A DNA stretch of 64,000 bases from a virus (IMGVR_UViG_3300028797_000101:32001-96000); one strand, 5' to 3'; numbered from the stretch's first letter, positions 1 through 10,686 are shown. Numbers and translations: made by a program. Notes: generated by a model not told the origin, from the letters alone.

Positions 1-882
1 GCTTTCATTGACCAATGTGCTTCTGCAATAGAAGGAGTTCCAAACGTACCTTGGCAGAAGAAGAGTACTGTCCTTAATCAGCTTGCTACAGATTCTGATA
101 TATTCGAGACGGGTGCACTTGCGAGTTCTTCAGCTTGGAGAACCATGATAGTAACAGGGACATTTCCTTACTACGTGAAGATACCAGAATCTGTAAGACT
201 TCCAGACTCTGTGAATTTGCTAGGAAATGGAAAACCGGTTCCCGAGCAAATTTACAAGAAGACGATGCACTATCTTGAAACTCCGCCGCACTCAGTAGAT
301 CCGGAAATCTTCAATGAATACAGTTCGTTGAAACCTTCTAAGCTGATTGACCTCATCTCGAATACCACAGATCCATTTCCTGGATTCAAGATACCTTGGG
401 GTGAAGTATCCCTTTATTCGTCACTTGCAAATGAACGAGTAGACTTCCCAGTGTATCCGGAAACCGTGTCAGATAGCAGAAAAGCAAACTTCACACAGAT
501 GCCTGATATGCTTTATCAATATGAACCTTGGCAGATATACACATCCTCAGGACCTAGATCCAACACATATGTATTTGATTTTCATAGAGATATGTGGAAC
601 GGAGATCACAGAGACGGAATGGCTAATAAGCTGATAAGATTCTGCGAAGCTAACTGCTACCCAGAGTATCATGGATCTGCTGTATACACCTCACAAGTAT
701 CTCTGCTTATTCGCGGAAAAGTATTGATAACAGGTGTTATGACAGATGTAAGCACAGAGTGGGATGGACCTATTGGATTAGACGGATGGTATCTTCACTG
801 TAAGTTGTCTATAACAATAACAGAAGTTTCTGATGTTCCTCTTGATTTCACTACCATCAGAAACAAAGGAATAATAGAATAA
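1..882 (+). CDS. Tail tube initiator/baseplate tube-like protein (5'-truncated by window edge)
   Basis: The frame of ORF 145..882 is open back to base 1. The C-terminal part (YTSSGPRS..F.F, CYPEY, ITGVMTDVSTEW) resembles contractile-tail tube-initiator proteins, and it lies directly before baseplate genes. Confidence 0.55.
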   Translation, partial: AFIDQCASAIEGVPNVPWQKKSTVLNQLATDSDIFETGALASSSAWRTMIVTGTFPYYVKIPESVRLPDSVNLLGNGKPVPEQIYKKTMHYLETPPHSVDPEIFNEYSSLKPSKLIDLISNTTDPFPGFKIPWGEVSLYSSLANERVDFPVYPETVSDSRKANFTQMPDMLYQYEPWQIYTSSGPRSNTYVFDFHRDMWNGDHRDGMANKLIRFCEANCYPEYHGSAVYTSQVSLLIRGKVLITGVMTDVSTEWDGPIGLDGWYLHCKLSITITEVSDVPLDFTTIRNKGIIE

Positions 883-891
883 CGAGGTAAT

Positions 892-1323
892 GTGATGAAA
901 ATACTAAACACATTAGAGCCTTACAAAGTATTAGACACAGAGGGTGGTATTCAATACGGTGTATGCAGAGATTTTTCACATGTATCTAGATACAGAGGTC
1001 TTCGCCAAGTAACACATTGTCCTGATGTAAGAGAAGATCGTTTCGTTGCATTTGAAACACCTAATCCGTTTACAACACATACATATGTGAAATACTATGA
1101 TGTCCCTGAATTTGAAGAAAATCGACTTGACCTTATTGCGTACAAGTTCCTCGGCGATGCAACATACTCCTGGGTGCTTGCATACTTCAATCATATTGAA
1201 GATGGATTCACAGTAAAAGAGGGTCAGAGACTTATGATTCCAAATTCTATCACAGATCTGTTCAATAAAGGAGAGATGCTTGCTCCTATCAATCCTACAA
1301 AACTCAATCTTGGAGGCGAATAA
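892..1323 (+). CDS. Baseplate wedge protein, T4 gp53/LysM-like
   Basis: Motif RLDLIAYKFLGDATYSWVLAYFN..GQRLMIP; baseplate context. Confidence 0.75.
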   Translation: MMKILNTLEPYKVLDTEGGIQYGVCRDFSHVSRYRGLRQVTHCPDVREDRFVAFETPNPFTTHTYVKYYDVPEFEENRLDLIAYKFLGDATYSWVLAYFNHIEDGFTVKEGQRLMIPNSITDLFNKGEMLAPINPTKLNLGGE

Positions 1324-1883
1324 TGAAACGATACATACGTGCATCGGAAAACATCAGACAGAACGAGTATAACACATATCTTGCTTCACACATACAGGGA
1401 GTAAATGATGTCTGGAACCAGATGCTCAGGCCTGCCGTAACAGAACATCTAGATGAATTAAATGAAGAGTTCGGCATTACAGATGAAGATATCGCTGAAT
1501 GCGATAACACAATCATGTATCATGATGCATCTAAGTATGGTGATGAAGAGTATGATGCGTATTGCAATCATTGGTACCCAACAGAGAAAACTCCTGCAGA
1601 TGAGGATGCATATGAAATAGCTTGGATACATCATAAACGCGTAAATTCTCATCATTGGCAGCATTGGCTTTCAGTTCATGATTCTGGGTCAGTTGTTCCT
1701 GTAGATATGCCAGCAAGTGATGTGTTCGAGATGCTGTGTGATTGGCATTCGTTTTCAAGACGCGATCCAAGTTCTACTGCGCCCGGGTGGTACAAGAAAC
1801 AAAAATCCAAGATGATCTTATCATCTAACACAAAGAAACTTGTCAAAGCTTTACTTCCATTCTTAAAGGAGCCGCTTAAATAA
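1323..1883 (+). CDS. HD-superfamily phosphohydrolase (DUF5662-like) with MKRYIRASE leader
   Basis: H..HDASK, HHKRVNSHHWQHW and EMLCDW motifs. Confidence 0.7.
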   Translation: MKRYIRASENIRQNEYNTYLASHIQGVNDVWNQMLRPAVTEHLDELNEEFGITDEDIAECDNTIMYHDASKYGDEEYDAYCNHWYPTEKTPADEDAYEIAWIHHKRVNSHHWQHWLSVHDSGSVVPVDMPASDVFEMLCDWHSFSRRDPSSTAPGWYKKQKSKMILSSNTKKLVKALLPFLKEPLK

Positions 1884-1886
1884 CAT

Positions 1887-3341
1887 ATGAAGAAACAACC
1901 ATGGGTGTCATTTACATTATCAAATGTATCATTAACTGAATTTGGTTTGAAGATACCCTCTCCGTTTGTATCTTTAACATTGTCTAACAGTGAAATAACT
2001 TCTACTACTTCCTGGACACTAAGATGTGTAGTAGGCGGAGATGATACTAAGAAAGTGAATGTAGCTGCCTTTGAAGCATTACTATACAGCGCAGCACAAG
2101 CTATCAGTTCTTATCCAAACGCAAGCGGAATACCTGTATCTTTTGCATTTGGTTGGTTAGATGAGAAAGGCAAGATAACAGATTACTTGTCTTACCAAGG
2201 ATTCACACTCACATTCAAAGTATCAACTTCTGGGCTGTATATGCAATATGAGATAACAGGATTCGCGTCACTTGCAATACAGTGCAGTATGCCTGTTTTA
2301 CGTATACCAGAACTTACAGGGTTTGTTCAGCCCTCCGCTATCTTCTGTGCACTTGTTAAAGCAACAAAAGCTGATACATTCTATGAAATTGATGTAGATC
2401 ATACAGATGCTCCAACACTTGTTAGCCATGGCGCAATGACAACAAGTTTCAATAAGTATGTTAGAGGCTCATTCTCTGCAGAAGATAACTACGAAGAATT
2501 TCCAGGATTGCTCAAGCTTTCTAAAACATACAGCGGTTCAAGAGACTCTGCAGGTCTAAACAGTTACAAAGCAAAGAAGCTGAGTCAGGTTCTCAACAAT
2601 GCTACTCATACGCCGGTAGAAGAATTCTTAAAGTCTTCTAACACAGATCTAACTCCGCAGTGCTCTGCCTATTCCTACTGGGTAGATGAACCTACTTCTA
2701 CAAAGCTCGGAGTAATTCATTACAAGAGTAACGCGAATCTGTCAATGTCGCAGATATCTGATACACTAAGATATGGAACAAGAGATTCTAATGTGATATC
2801 ACTTCAAGGTTCCTACAATGGCGTAGCATACAACATGACAGACATGAGATTCTCTACAGTAGGATTCTCACTAGACGAAAGCGGTAACACAATTATTCAG
2901 GATGCCGAAGTAGTAAACAGCTGGAGTGCTTCACTTGCTGATGTATTCCAAACAGTTAACATAATCAATGATGTAAACGCAATAGCGTCTCAGTTCAGCG
3001 GAGATTTTACAGTAACTATTCCCGGAACAACAAAGACCTATCAAATCGCACAGCCAGTTTCGTTATTGGTTATGACGGGGAACACTTTATCGCCCGTGTC
3101 TGGAATATACAATGTGATGTCTGTTTCTCATACTATTGGAACTACATTCACAACAACACTAAAGATTCAAAGACTTGTTATGAGCTCTGCTAATGATGTC
3201 GCTTCAAGTCAGGGCATATTCATCTCAGGAAGTGGAGCTTATCCAAGAAGTGCTTATACAACTACATCTAATGTTAAGAGCACTTCTTACGTAGATTTCG
3301 GAATACTTTATCCGGATTTTACGTGTATGCAATTATCATAG
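1887..3341 (+). CDS. Baseplate hub protein (gp27/GpD-like)
   Basis: C-terminal SGIYNVMSVSHTIGTTFTTTLKIQR hub-type motif; position in baseplate cluster. Confidence 0.6.
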   Translation: MKKQPWVSFTLSNVSLTEFGLKIPSPFVSLTLSNSEITSTTSWTLRCVVGGDDTKKVNVAAFEALLYSAAQAISSYPNASGIPVSFAFGWLDEKGKITDYLSYQGFTLTFKVSTSGLYMQYEITGFASLAIQCSMPVLRIPELTGFVQPSAIFCALVKATKADTFYEIDVDHTDAPTLVSHGAMTTSFNKYVRGSFSAEDNYEEFPGLLKLSKTYSGSRDSAGLNSYKAKKLSQVLNNATHTPVEEFLKSSNTDLTPQCSAYSYWVDEPTSTKLGVIHYKSNANLSMSQISDTLRYGTRDSNVISLQGSYNGVAYNMTDMRFSTVGFSLDESGNTIIQDAEVVNSWSASLADVFQTVNIINDVNAIASQFSGDFTVTIPGTTKTYQIAQPVSLLVMTGNTLSPVSGIYNVMSVSHTIGTTFTTTLKIQRLVMSSANDVASSQGIFISGSGAYPRSAYTTTSNVKSTSYVDFGILYPDFTCMQLS

Positions 3342-3362
3342 AAGAAAAGCGAGGATGATAAC

Positions 3363-3923
3363 ATGATCATTGCAAACTGTGCGGTGACAAAATCAGATGC
3401 TACAATTGTAAAGTACTACGTAGACACAGAAAGATCTTCAAAATACAAGATAAATGGCGGATTATGTGCCGGTGTAGTTCTAAAGTCTACATCGGCACAA
3501 GATTTGAGTGCGTATAGCTTGTGTCCAGGCACTGTTGTTTACACAGGTGTTAATAACACAGGTGCTTATGGATGTGACCTTGGAAAGTATGTAGTGATAG
3601 TTATGTACAATAGGTACAACGCTGTAATGTATTCAGGCCTCACATCTCTAAATGTGAAGATCATTGACAAGCTAAACAAAGGCGATAAGCTAGGATCTTG
3701 CAAGAGCATCTTGGTTTCCTATCTTTCCAAAGAGAACGCCTTATGGGCTGTCCGTCTTGACAGCCAAACAACCTGGTACAAGCATGATCCACTTGATATA
3801 CTTCAATCTGGATATGAAGCAACATTCATGTCTATCGACATTCCTGAAGAATCTTCGGAAGACGATCCCGGAGAAGGACTCAATCCTGAAGCTGATTACA
3901 CTTTATCAAACAACCAAGGGTGA
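3363..3923 (+). CDS. Degenerate M23-peptidase-fold baseplate protein
   Basis: PGTVVYTG..GKYVVI..YSGL..LNVK..KGDKLG pattern; the Zn ligands HxxxD and HxH are absent. Confidence 0.5.
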   Translation: MIIANCAVTKSDATIVKYYVDTERSSKYKINGGLCAGVVLKSTSAQDLSAYSLCPGTVVYTGVNNTGAYGCDLGKYVVIVMYNRYNAVMYSGLTSLNVKIIDKLNKGDKLGSCKSILVSYLSKENALWAVRLDSQTTWYKHDPLDILQSGYEATFMSIDIPEESSEDDPGEGLNPEADYTLSNNQG

Positions 3924-3929
3924 TAAACA

Positions 3930-5093
3930 ATGGGTTACAGTTCATTAGTTTCTTACATAAAGCTAAGTCCAAATAAAAACAGCCCTCGAAACCATAAGAT
4001 TGATTCTGTAGCTATTCACTGTATGGCAGGGAATCTATCTGTAGAGACTTGTGGAGATTTGTTTGCTAATCCAGAAAGAAAAGCGTCGTCAAACTATGGA
4101 ATTGGTTCAGATGGTAGGATTGCTCTTTATGTAGATGAAAATGATAGATCCTGGTGTACATCTTCTGGTGGTGTAGATCATAGGGCAATCACAATAGAAG
4201 TCGCTAACAGCAGTATTGGTGATCCATGGCCTGTTTCTGATGCTGCGTATCAATCTCTTTTGAATCTTCTAACTGACATATGTAGAAGGAATCAGATATC
4301 TTCGCTAAGATGGATGGCCAATAAAGCGTATGCTGTTACAGCAGCTAACGGAGGTCCGGTAGATCAGCAAAACATGTTTGTACATAGATGGTTTGCTGCA
4401 AAAGCATGTCCAGGTGACTATCTTTACAACGCACATGGTGCAATTGCTACAGAAGTAAACAGACGTCTTGCATCAGGAGCTCCTATCACTCCAGTAGTTT
4501 CTACTGCAGCTCCTACCGTAGCTATTGATAGGTCTAAACTGAGACCATATGTCCCTATTCTAGATAGAGACTCACCAACTCCTAATTACTCTCAATTTTA
4601 TGCAAACGGTGTAGTAGGTGCGATTGTAGAAGCTGGATATCAGTTTACATCTGCACACATTCGTGTTGAAAACTTCAGAAATCCTAAGGCCTACGATCAG
4701 GTTCAAGCTCTTATCTCTGTGAGACTTCCCTTCGGCTACTACATGATAGCAAGAGCACAAAATTTATCGGAAGTTAGAGAGGAAATGTATCAGCTATCAT
4801 TTCTGGTAAGAAAATACTCTCCAGGGCTTGGTGTGTGGTTGCAATTAGATCTTCCTAAAAATCAACCAGATATAAATGATAATATCTTAAACGCATATAA
4901 GACATATCTCATAAAATTAGGTCTTGTAGGTAAGATAGGAATATATGCTGATAGCAGTACAATCAAAAGTATCAACTGGAGCAAGCATTATCACGAATGG
5001 CTTCTGTGGTATGTAGATAGAGTTTCTGGAGTTGGTCAATTATCTACTGTATTTGACTCTTCGTTCTTCGCTATGTCAGGGAGGTACACATAA
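3930..5093 (+). CDS. Virion-associated N-acetylmuramoyl-L-alanine amidase (Amidase_2) plus GH25-like domain
   Basis: AIHC, SSNYGIG, TIEVA and HRWFAAKACPG motifs; the C-terminal half has a GH25-like pattern. Confidence 0.8.
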   Translation: MGYSSLVSYIKLSPNKNSPRNHKIDSVAIHCMAGNLSVETCGDLFANPERKASSNYGIGSDGRIALYVDENDRSWCTSSGGVDHRAITIEVANSSIGDPWPVSDAAYQSLLNLLTDICRRNQISSLRWMANKAYAVTAANGGPVDQQNMFVHRWFAAKACPGDYLYNAHGAIATEVNRRLASGAPITPVVSTAAPTVAIDRSKLRPYVPILDRDSPTPNYSQFYANGVVGAIVEAGYQFTSAHIRVENFRNPKAYDQVQALISVRLPFGYYMIARAQNLSEVREEMYQLSFLVRKYSPGLGVWLQLDLPKNQPDINDNILNAYKTYLIKLGLVGKIGIYADSSTIKSINWSKHYHEWLLWYVDRVSGVGQLSTVFDSSFFAMSGRYT

Positions 5094-6763
5094 TGGCGTT
5101 TATAGGCTACACTGATACAGACTCCTTAAAAGCTCATGTGCTTTCTGCAAGACAATGGTGGACTAAGGGAACATACAATGATTGTATATTAGGAAACAAC
5201 GCAAATATTGATAGGCCTTGGATAGGTAGTGTACTTCCGAACTGCACAGGCTACGCTTATGGAAGATTCTCAGAGATCCTGCAGAAGAATGCAAAGCTTC
5301 CTATCAGCGATGCTGGTACTTGGTACGCTAATGTTAAAGGTTATGAAAAGGGAAGTAAGCCGAAGATTGGTGCTGTTGCTGTTTGGACAAAACCGGGAGC
5401 TGCCGGTCATGTTGCTATCGTAGAGAAGATAAATGTAGATGGTTCTATTGTGCTTTCTGAAAGTGGATGGTCTGCGTCTAAGATATGTTGGACTTCTGTT
5501 CAGCAGCCACCTAACTACTACAAAGCTCCTTATCAGCTACAAGGATTTATCTACAATCCTCATGTAAATCTAAATAACAAAGTTTATGATTTCTTGAAAG
5601 AAGCTTCAAAGCATGTTGGCGAAGATGGTACATGGACCTGGAAAACTACAGGAATGATTGCAGGAGCTCCTTGGGCAGCAGGATTTATTCTTGCCGTAGG
5701 CAGAACAGTAGGCGATATAATCGACAAAGTTATATTCAACTCAGCTGGTGCAGGAGAGATGGCCAGAGGTGGAGTAGTAAATGGATTAGGAAGATGGATA
5801 AGAGGACCTCATCATGGGCCGTCTTATGTAGTCACTCCAAATCCAGGAGATCTAATACTGTATAGATGGAAGCCTGCAATGAGTTACACGCAAGCCGATG
5901 AATATGTTTCTGATCACATAGGAATTGTTTATCAAGCAGAGAATCAAGTAGTGTATACTATAGAAGGAAACAACGGAGGTATCTGTAAACTTACATCGCA
6001 TAGTATCTCAGATACAACTATCAACGGCTACTATAGACCGTACTGGGAGAGGATTGGCGGGTCGGCAAATGGATATGCTTCTGATGGACTAGAGATGGCT
6101 GTAAGTATGGCCTACAGAGTATTTACATCCGATGACATGACATTGAGGGAAGTGGGTTACATGACAACCAACGCACAACCTTCTATACAATCAACAGGAA
6201 TTCGTCTTGCGGTGATAAATTACACAGATGCATTAGCATCGCTCATCAATGCATATGGTCAGACTGTTGCAGGTGGAGAGATAGTAATAGACGGTGGAGC
6301 TCAAGCAGTTAACATCAACTTACTTTCCAACAACAATGCTAAGATAATCGGTCAGTTTCTTCTAAGCAAAGGAATGAATATTTCACAGGTAGTCGGATTT
6401 CTCGCTAACATACAAGCAGAGTCAAGCTACAGTCCTGCCGCAGTGAATTCTCGTTCAGGAGCTAGTGGAATTTGTCAGTGGTTAGGAAGTAGAAAAACTG
6501 CAATGATAAAAGCCTGCGGAGCTGAATGGAAAACAAATCTTTCTGGGCAGCTGAATTTTATCTGGACAGAGCTAAACAGTACTGAGAAGAATACATGGAA
6601 TCTCTTGCAATCAAGGATTACATCCATTAGTCAATCAGCTGCTGAGGATGCTGCAGAGCTCATAACACGATACTATGAAAGACCCGGTAACTATGATTCA
6701 TCTGTGCCACCACGCAGAGCAATCGCTGCTAGCATCTGGAAACAGATACTTGTCGTCAATTAG
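5093..6763 (+). CDS. Tail-associated lysin: CHAP + second CHAP-like + phage tail lysozyme domain
   Basis: PNCTGYAYGR/GHVAIVE (CHAP); DHIGIV/TIEGN (second CHAP-like); ANIQAES, GICQW and YYERP (Phage_lysozyme2-like). Confidence 0.85.
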   Translation: MAFIGYTDTDSLKAHVLSARQWWTKGTYNDCILGNNANIDRPWIGSVLPNCTGYAYGRFSEILQKNAKLPISDAGTWYANVKGYEKGSKPKIGAVAVWTKPGAAGHVAIVEKINVDGSIVLSESGWSASKICWTSVQQPPNYYKAPYQLQGFIYNPHVNLNNKVYDFLKEASKHVGEDGTWTWKTTGMIAGAPWAAGFILAVGRTVGDIIDKVIFNSAGAGEMARGGVVNGLGRWIRGPHHGPSYVVTPNPGDLILYRWKPAMSYTQADEYVSDHIGIVYQAENQVVYTIEGNNGGICKLTSHSISDTTINGYYRPYWERIGGSANGYASDGLEMAVSMAYRVFTSDDMTLREVGYMTTNAQPSIQSTGIRLAVINYTDALASLINAYGQTVAGGEIVIDGGAQAVNINLLSNNNAKIIGQFLLSKGMNISQVVGFLANIQAESSYSPAAVNSRSGASGICQWLGSRKTAMIKACGAEWKTNLSGQLNFIWTELNSTEKNTWNLLQSRITSISQSAAEDAAELITRYYERPGNYDSSVPPRRAIAASIWKQILVVN

Positions 6764-6771
6764 AGGTAGAT

Positions 6772-7065
6772 ATGATAGTATTAGGATATGTGAAAGATTA
6801 TCAATACACAAGTGATGGTACTCTAACATTACAAGTAAGAATTCCGGCTATACATGGACCTTACAAGCTGTCAGAGTACAAAGGTAAAACAGTTCACAAC
6901 TATGTAAGAGACAACGATCTTCCGTTTTATCCATCATTATTGCTACCACATCTTCCGGTAGAGGGCGAAGTAGTAGCTCTTTCATCTATGAATGAAGACA
7001 CCACTCACTTCATTGTGATAGGTTTAACAGGCGGTTCTTATGCCAACGGTCTTGTAAATTTATAG
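6772..7065 (+). CDS. Baseplate spike gp5 OB-fold-like protein
   Basis: LQVRIPAIHG..LPVEGEVV motif; located between the lysin and the gp25-like gene. Confidence 0.6.
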   Translation: MIVLGYVKDYQYTSDGTLTLQVRIPAIHGPYKLSEYKGKTVHNYVRDNDLPFYPSLLLPHLPVEGEVVALSSMNEDTTHFIVIGLTGGSYANGLVNL

Positions 7066-7075
7066 GAGGTATGAC

Positions 7076-7489
7076 ATGGCTAAAACAACATCATGGGCTT
7101 TTCCTAACATGATTGATCCTTCTAGAAACAAAGTTCAAATAGTAGAGGATGATGCTTCTGTAGTTAACAGAGTTCGTCTTCTCATGCTATCTGACCCTAC
7201 TGAGCTATACAATGAGCCTCAATTTGGACTAGGATTGAAGAGATACCTTTGGCAATATAATAACGCAAATACTCGTGCAATTATACAGAGCAAGATAGTT
7301 GAACAGTTAACATTATTTGAGCCGAGTGTAGAATCTGAGTCCACTTCATTCGCTGATGGATTGTTATTCACAGGCGAAGAAAACATTCCATCTTCTCAAG
7401 AATTCAATCAGCTTAAGATGACGGTAGGCCTTCATACAATATATGGAGACGATTTAACTGTGAATCTGAACACAGACACTCAAGAATGA
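7076..7489 (+). CDS. Baseplate wedge protein, gp25-like
   Basis: LLMLSDPTELYNEPQFGLGLKRYLW..FEP motif. Confidence 0.8.
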   Translation: MAKTTSWAFPNMIDPSRNKVQIVEDDASVVNRVRLLMLSDPTELYNEPQFGLGLKRYLWQYNNANTRAIIQSKIVEQLTLFEPSVESESTSFADGLLFTGEENIPSSQEFNQLKMTVGLHTIYGDDLTVNLNTDTQE

Positions 7490-7505
7490 TCGGAGGTAGT
7501 TATTC

Positions 7506-9557
7506 ATGGATTATGAAAAAGGTGTAGTTAACTACACTTCAAGAGATTATGAATCCATAATGAAGGATTTCTGGGAGTTAGTTCCTACACTAACCGAGTT
7601 ATGGAAGCCAGAAGCTGACGCAGATCCTGGAGTAGTTTTAGGCAAGTTTCTAGCATCTGCTGCGGATATGCTAGGCGTGAATGTTGACATACTTGTAGGT
7701 GAACTACTTGCGCCGTCTGTGTCCCAGAGAAAGAATGCAGAGAAGCTATTCGGATTGATTGGCTATGAACTCGGTTGGTATCGAGCAGCAAGGACAGAGG
7801 TTACGTTCACCAACAACACAAGTGTCAACATGACGCTTGATTTCGGTTTCAATGGAACCAATTTCGCTACACTTAATGCTTACACAGATATCACCAATCA
7901 ATCTAGAGTGTTGACTTACAACATTTTACCGCTTACAAATTCGTATGGTGCAACAGAGTCAAGAAGCAGACGTGTAACTACAACAGAAAATCTGAATGTG
8001 TTTGCCACATCCGATGAAGTTACCTTGCTTCCAGGAGCTAGCGTGACAAGAGTTGCAATTGAAGGCGAACTCAGAAGTTACAGTGTTTCTGTAGATCAGG
8101 TGAAGAAGAATAACTACATAATAAACGTACCTTCACAGCATATTGATACTACAGCCATCTGGATAAAAGCAAAAGCTTCTCAAGGAGCGGAAGATTTCTT
8201 AGCTACGCAGTGGATTCAATGTAATAGCCCTGCAGAGTTTGTAACTCCAGAACCCAGATTCGCGGTAACATATGATTACTACTCCAATGCACAGATACAA
8301 GTAAGCAACTATCTCAATCAACTTGAGAACTACGAAAACAATTACTTGACTGTTTATTGGATAGACTGTTCCGGCATCATAGGATGTGTAGGAACTAATG
8401 TGCTCCGCAATTACCTTCAGGCGAAAGTAACTAGCGGTGTAGTTGTTAGCGATGAAAGCGGAGACCTTAGCGTGTCTAACTTGTCTAACACAGTGGAGTT
8501 ACCACACACCAATACCGTTACAGGCAAGAGCCCTGAGACGGCAAAAGAAGCTTACATCAACAGCAGAAATTATATCAACACTTTCGACAGTTTAGTTACA
8601 CTTCCGGACTTCAATAGGTTCTTAAATAGAGAGCCTGGAGTAGATTGTGGATTGGTCATCGACTGCCAGAAAGCTCTTGACATTAACTTGGCGATTTATG
8701 ATGATGAAAATCTCTCAGACGCACAGAAGTCTAAGATGTACATAAGCAACTACGACTTCCCTGCAGGCAATGAATCACTTGATTGGTCTGCACTTATCAA
8801 CAGCAACTTGAGCTCCAGAACACTTCTTCATCTTGTAAGTGCTGGAGAAACATTAGAGGAAATCTCTTTAAGATACAATGTTACAGAAGCAACCATTCTT
8901 AACTACAACAATCTGACATCTGCGGATGACATTGAAGTAGGAATGAGGTTGAAGATTCCTGGAGGCTTCTCTGTAGCAAAAGCAAAAGGTCTTGTAACTA
9001 ACTTCAAGACATACACAGCGATGTGCTTTGCAATACACAATGACTTCAAAAACAGTGTATGGGGATCTGGTAAAGTATCAACAGCACAGATACAGAACAA
9101 GACTATCTTCACACGGTACAAGCCGCCCATGCAGTTCATCGACAATGTAATCAGAGATTATAGACCCCTTCAGGCCATGACAGTTGAACTTGAATTTGGA
9201 TATCTTCGCGTATTTCCATTTTACGTTGTAGGTCAAATATATCCGAAGAAGCCGGTTAGCAAAGATGTTGCAAACAACATAATCGCAAGAGTAAAAGAAT
9301 CACTTGCGATGTATTTTGCTCCTGCAAATCGTCAGATAGGTCAGAAACCTACTGTAATGGAAGTTGTAAACGTTGTACGAAACGCTGACAGTCGAATTGA
9401 TTACTTCGACGCAGGCAGTTTGAAGAACGAAGTTATTGTCTGGTTTGATTGTGATGTAAGCTATTACAATCCTATCAGCTTCGCTAGATTTTCTGATCCA
9501 GGAGTAACATCCACTAACATAAGGATCGCTCCTGAGTATATTGTTAAGAATCAGTAA
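7506..9557 (+). CDS. Baseplate wedge protein (gp6/J-like) with internal LysM domain
   Basis: NYTSRDYESI, DPGVVL and LVTLPDF motifs; LysM: HLVSAGETLEEISLRYNVT..NNL..IEVGMRLKIP. Confidence 0.8.
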   Translation: MDYEKGVVNYTSRDYESIMKDFWELVPTLTELWKPEADADPGVVLGKFLASAADMLGVNVDILVGELLAPSVSQRKNAEKLFGLIGYELGWYRAARTEVTFTNNTSVNMTLDFGFNGTNFATLNAYTDITNQSRVLTYNILPLTNSYGATESRSRRVTTTENLNVFATSDEVTLLPGASVTRVAIEGELRSYSVSVDQVKKNNYIINVPSQHIDTTAIWIKAKASQGAEDFLATQWIQCNSPAEFVTPEPRFAVTYDYYSNAQIQVSNYLNQLENYENNYLTVYWIDCSGIIGCVGTNVLRNYLQAKVTSGVVVSDESGDLSVSNLSNTVELPHTNTVTGKSPETAKEAYINSRNYINTFDSLVTLPDFNRFLNREPGVDCGLVIDCQKALDINLAIYDDENLSDAQKSKMYISNYDFPAGNESLDWSALINSNLSSRTLLHLVSAGETLEEISLRYNVTEATILNYNNLTSADDIEVGMRLKIPGGFSVAKAKGLVTNFKTYTAMCFAIHNDFKNSVWGSGKVSTAQIQNKTIFTRYKPPMQFIDNVIRDYRPLQAMTVELEFGYLRVFPFYVVGQIYPKKPVSKDVANNIIARVKESLAMYFAPANRQIGQKPTVMEVVNVVRNADSRIDYFDAGSLKNEVIVWFDCDVSYYNPISFARFSDPGVTSTNIRIAPEYIVKNQ

Positions 9558-9567
9558 GGAGGCTTGA

Positions 9568-10671
9568 ATGAGAATTTCTGATATTTCACTTCCTGAAATT
9601 TACAAAGAGTCAATGGACTTCCGGTTCTTTTGTAGATGGATTGAACTTGCTCTATCAAAGATACAAGCTGATACCGAAAACGTTCCTGACATATATGATC
9701 CTCTGAGATGTCCTGCAGACATCTTGTGGATGCTGTGTGACACAATTGGATACAGATATGATGATAGACTACCAACGGCTTTCAATCGTCTTGTAGCCCT
9801 CTACTTCATGTCAATGATTCGGAACAAAGGAAGTAGAGACGGCGTTACACTTGCTGCCGAAGTCAATCTTGCACAATTCAATCTGCTGGACTATGGGAAA
9901 GAGAAAGATATCTTGTACAACCGTCTAGAAGATACATCCATTCCTGTAAATGCAGTTCATGTAACTCCTCATGTAGCAGAAGGATACATTGATGTAGTTT
10001 ACTTGAGTGAAGAACTCCCTGTAGATGCTTGTATAGAATATGTTAGACCGCTTGGAATGTATCTTTTCCAATACGCAGGTGTACAGGTGAACGCGAAGAA
10101 TAAGATCCTTGTAGATGCACGCCTCACTAACTATGCAGATAATAACATATCAATAGGAGCTACACACGTAGGTCATTATCGTAGAGATGATTACGCTAGA
10201 TTACAGAGACTTCCTGTAGAAGACGATCCTCGCCATCCTGTGTATTACCGAAACAGTGATGCAGAAGGTCTTCCAGACCCTGATGTAAATCCTGGATACC
10301 GAGCGCTCTTTTCTATGCAGATATCTAACAATGAACACATTGTAAGATCTCTTTTACCTGATAAGATATTTGGATTAGGCTACACGCCTACAGATGTTGA
10401 GACATATGATGGACCTTCTATCTTGCCGCCTACGGCAGATTTCCCGAAGACTTGGAATCTTCGCTATGATAAATCTGTTGAAGAAGCTGTATCTAGTGAT
10501 GTATACACACTTGATGATGACAGATCTACTGCATATACACACGGCCGTCCGGTTGTCAATCCTGTAATGAGTGCTGTAGGCGATGCAATATCTATGAATG
10601 ATCAAAACAGCCAGTACACAAAGGTAGATGATCAAGGTAACATTCACGTAGTGGATGCAGAAGATCTGTAA
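9568..10671 (+). CDS. Baseplate/tail protein (P2 gpI/gp7-like)
   Basis: LPEIY, DPLRCPADILWML..IGY and RNKGS motifs; follows the gp6-like gene. Confidence 0.65.
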   Translation: MRISDISLPEIYKESMDFRFFCRWIELALSKIQADTENVPDIYDPLRCPADILWMLCDTIGYRYDDRLPTAFNRLVALYFMSMIRNKGSRDGVTLAAEVNLAQFNLLDYGKEKDILYNRLEDTSIPVNAVHVTPHVAEGYIDVVYLSEELPVDACIEYVRPLGMYLFQYAGVQVNAKNKILVDARLTNYADNNISIGATHVGHYRRDDYARLQRLPVEDDPRHPVYYRNSDAEGLPDPDVNPGYRALFSMQISNNEHIVRSLLPDKIFGLGYTPTDVETYDGPSILPPTADFPKTWNLRYDKSVEEAVSSDVYTLDDDRSTAYTHGRPVVNPVMSAVGDAISMNDQNSQYTKVDDQGNIHVVDAEDL

Positions 10672-10675
10672 GCTG

Positions 10676-10686
10676 AACCTTGTATA
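10676..10686 (+). promoter_or_regulatory. Putative late promoter (AACCTTGTATA)
   Basis: Member of the recurring AACCTT(A/G)NATA motif; just upstream of an SD and ATG. Confidence 0.55.
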
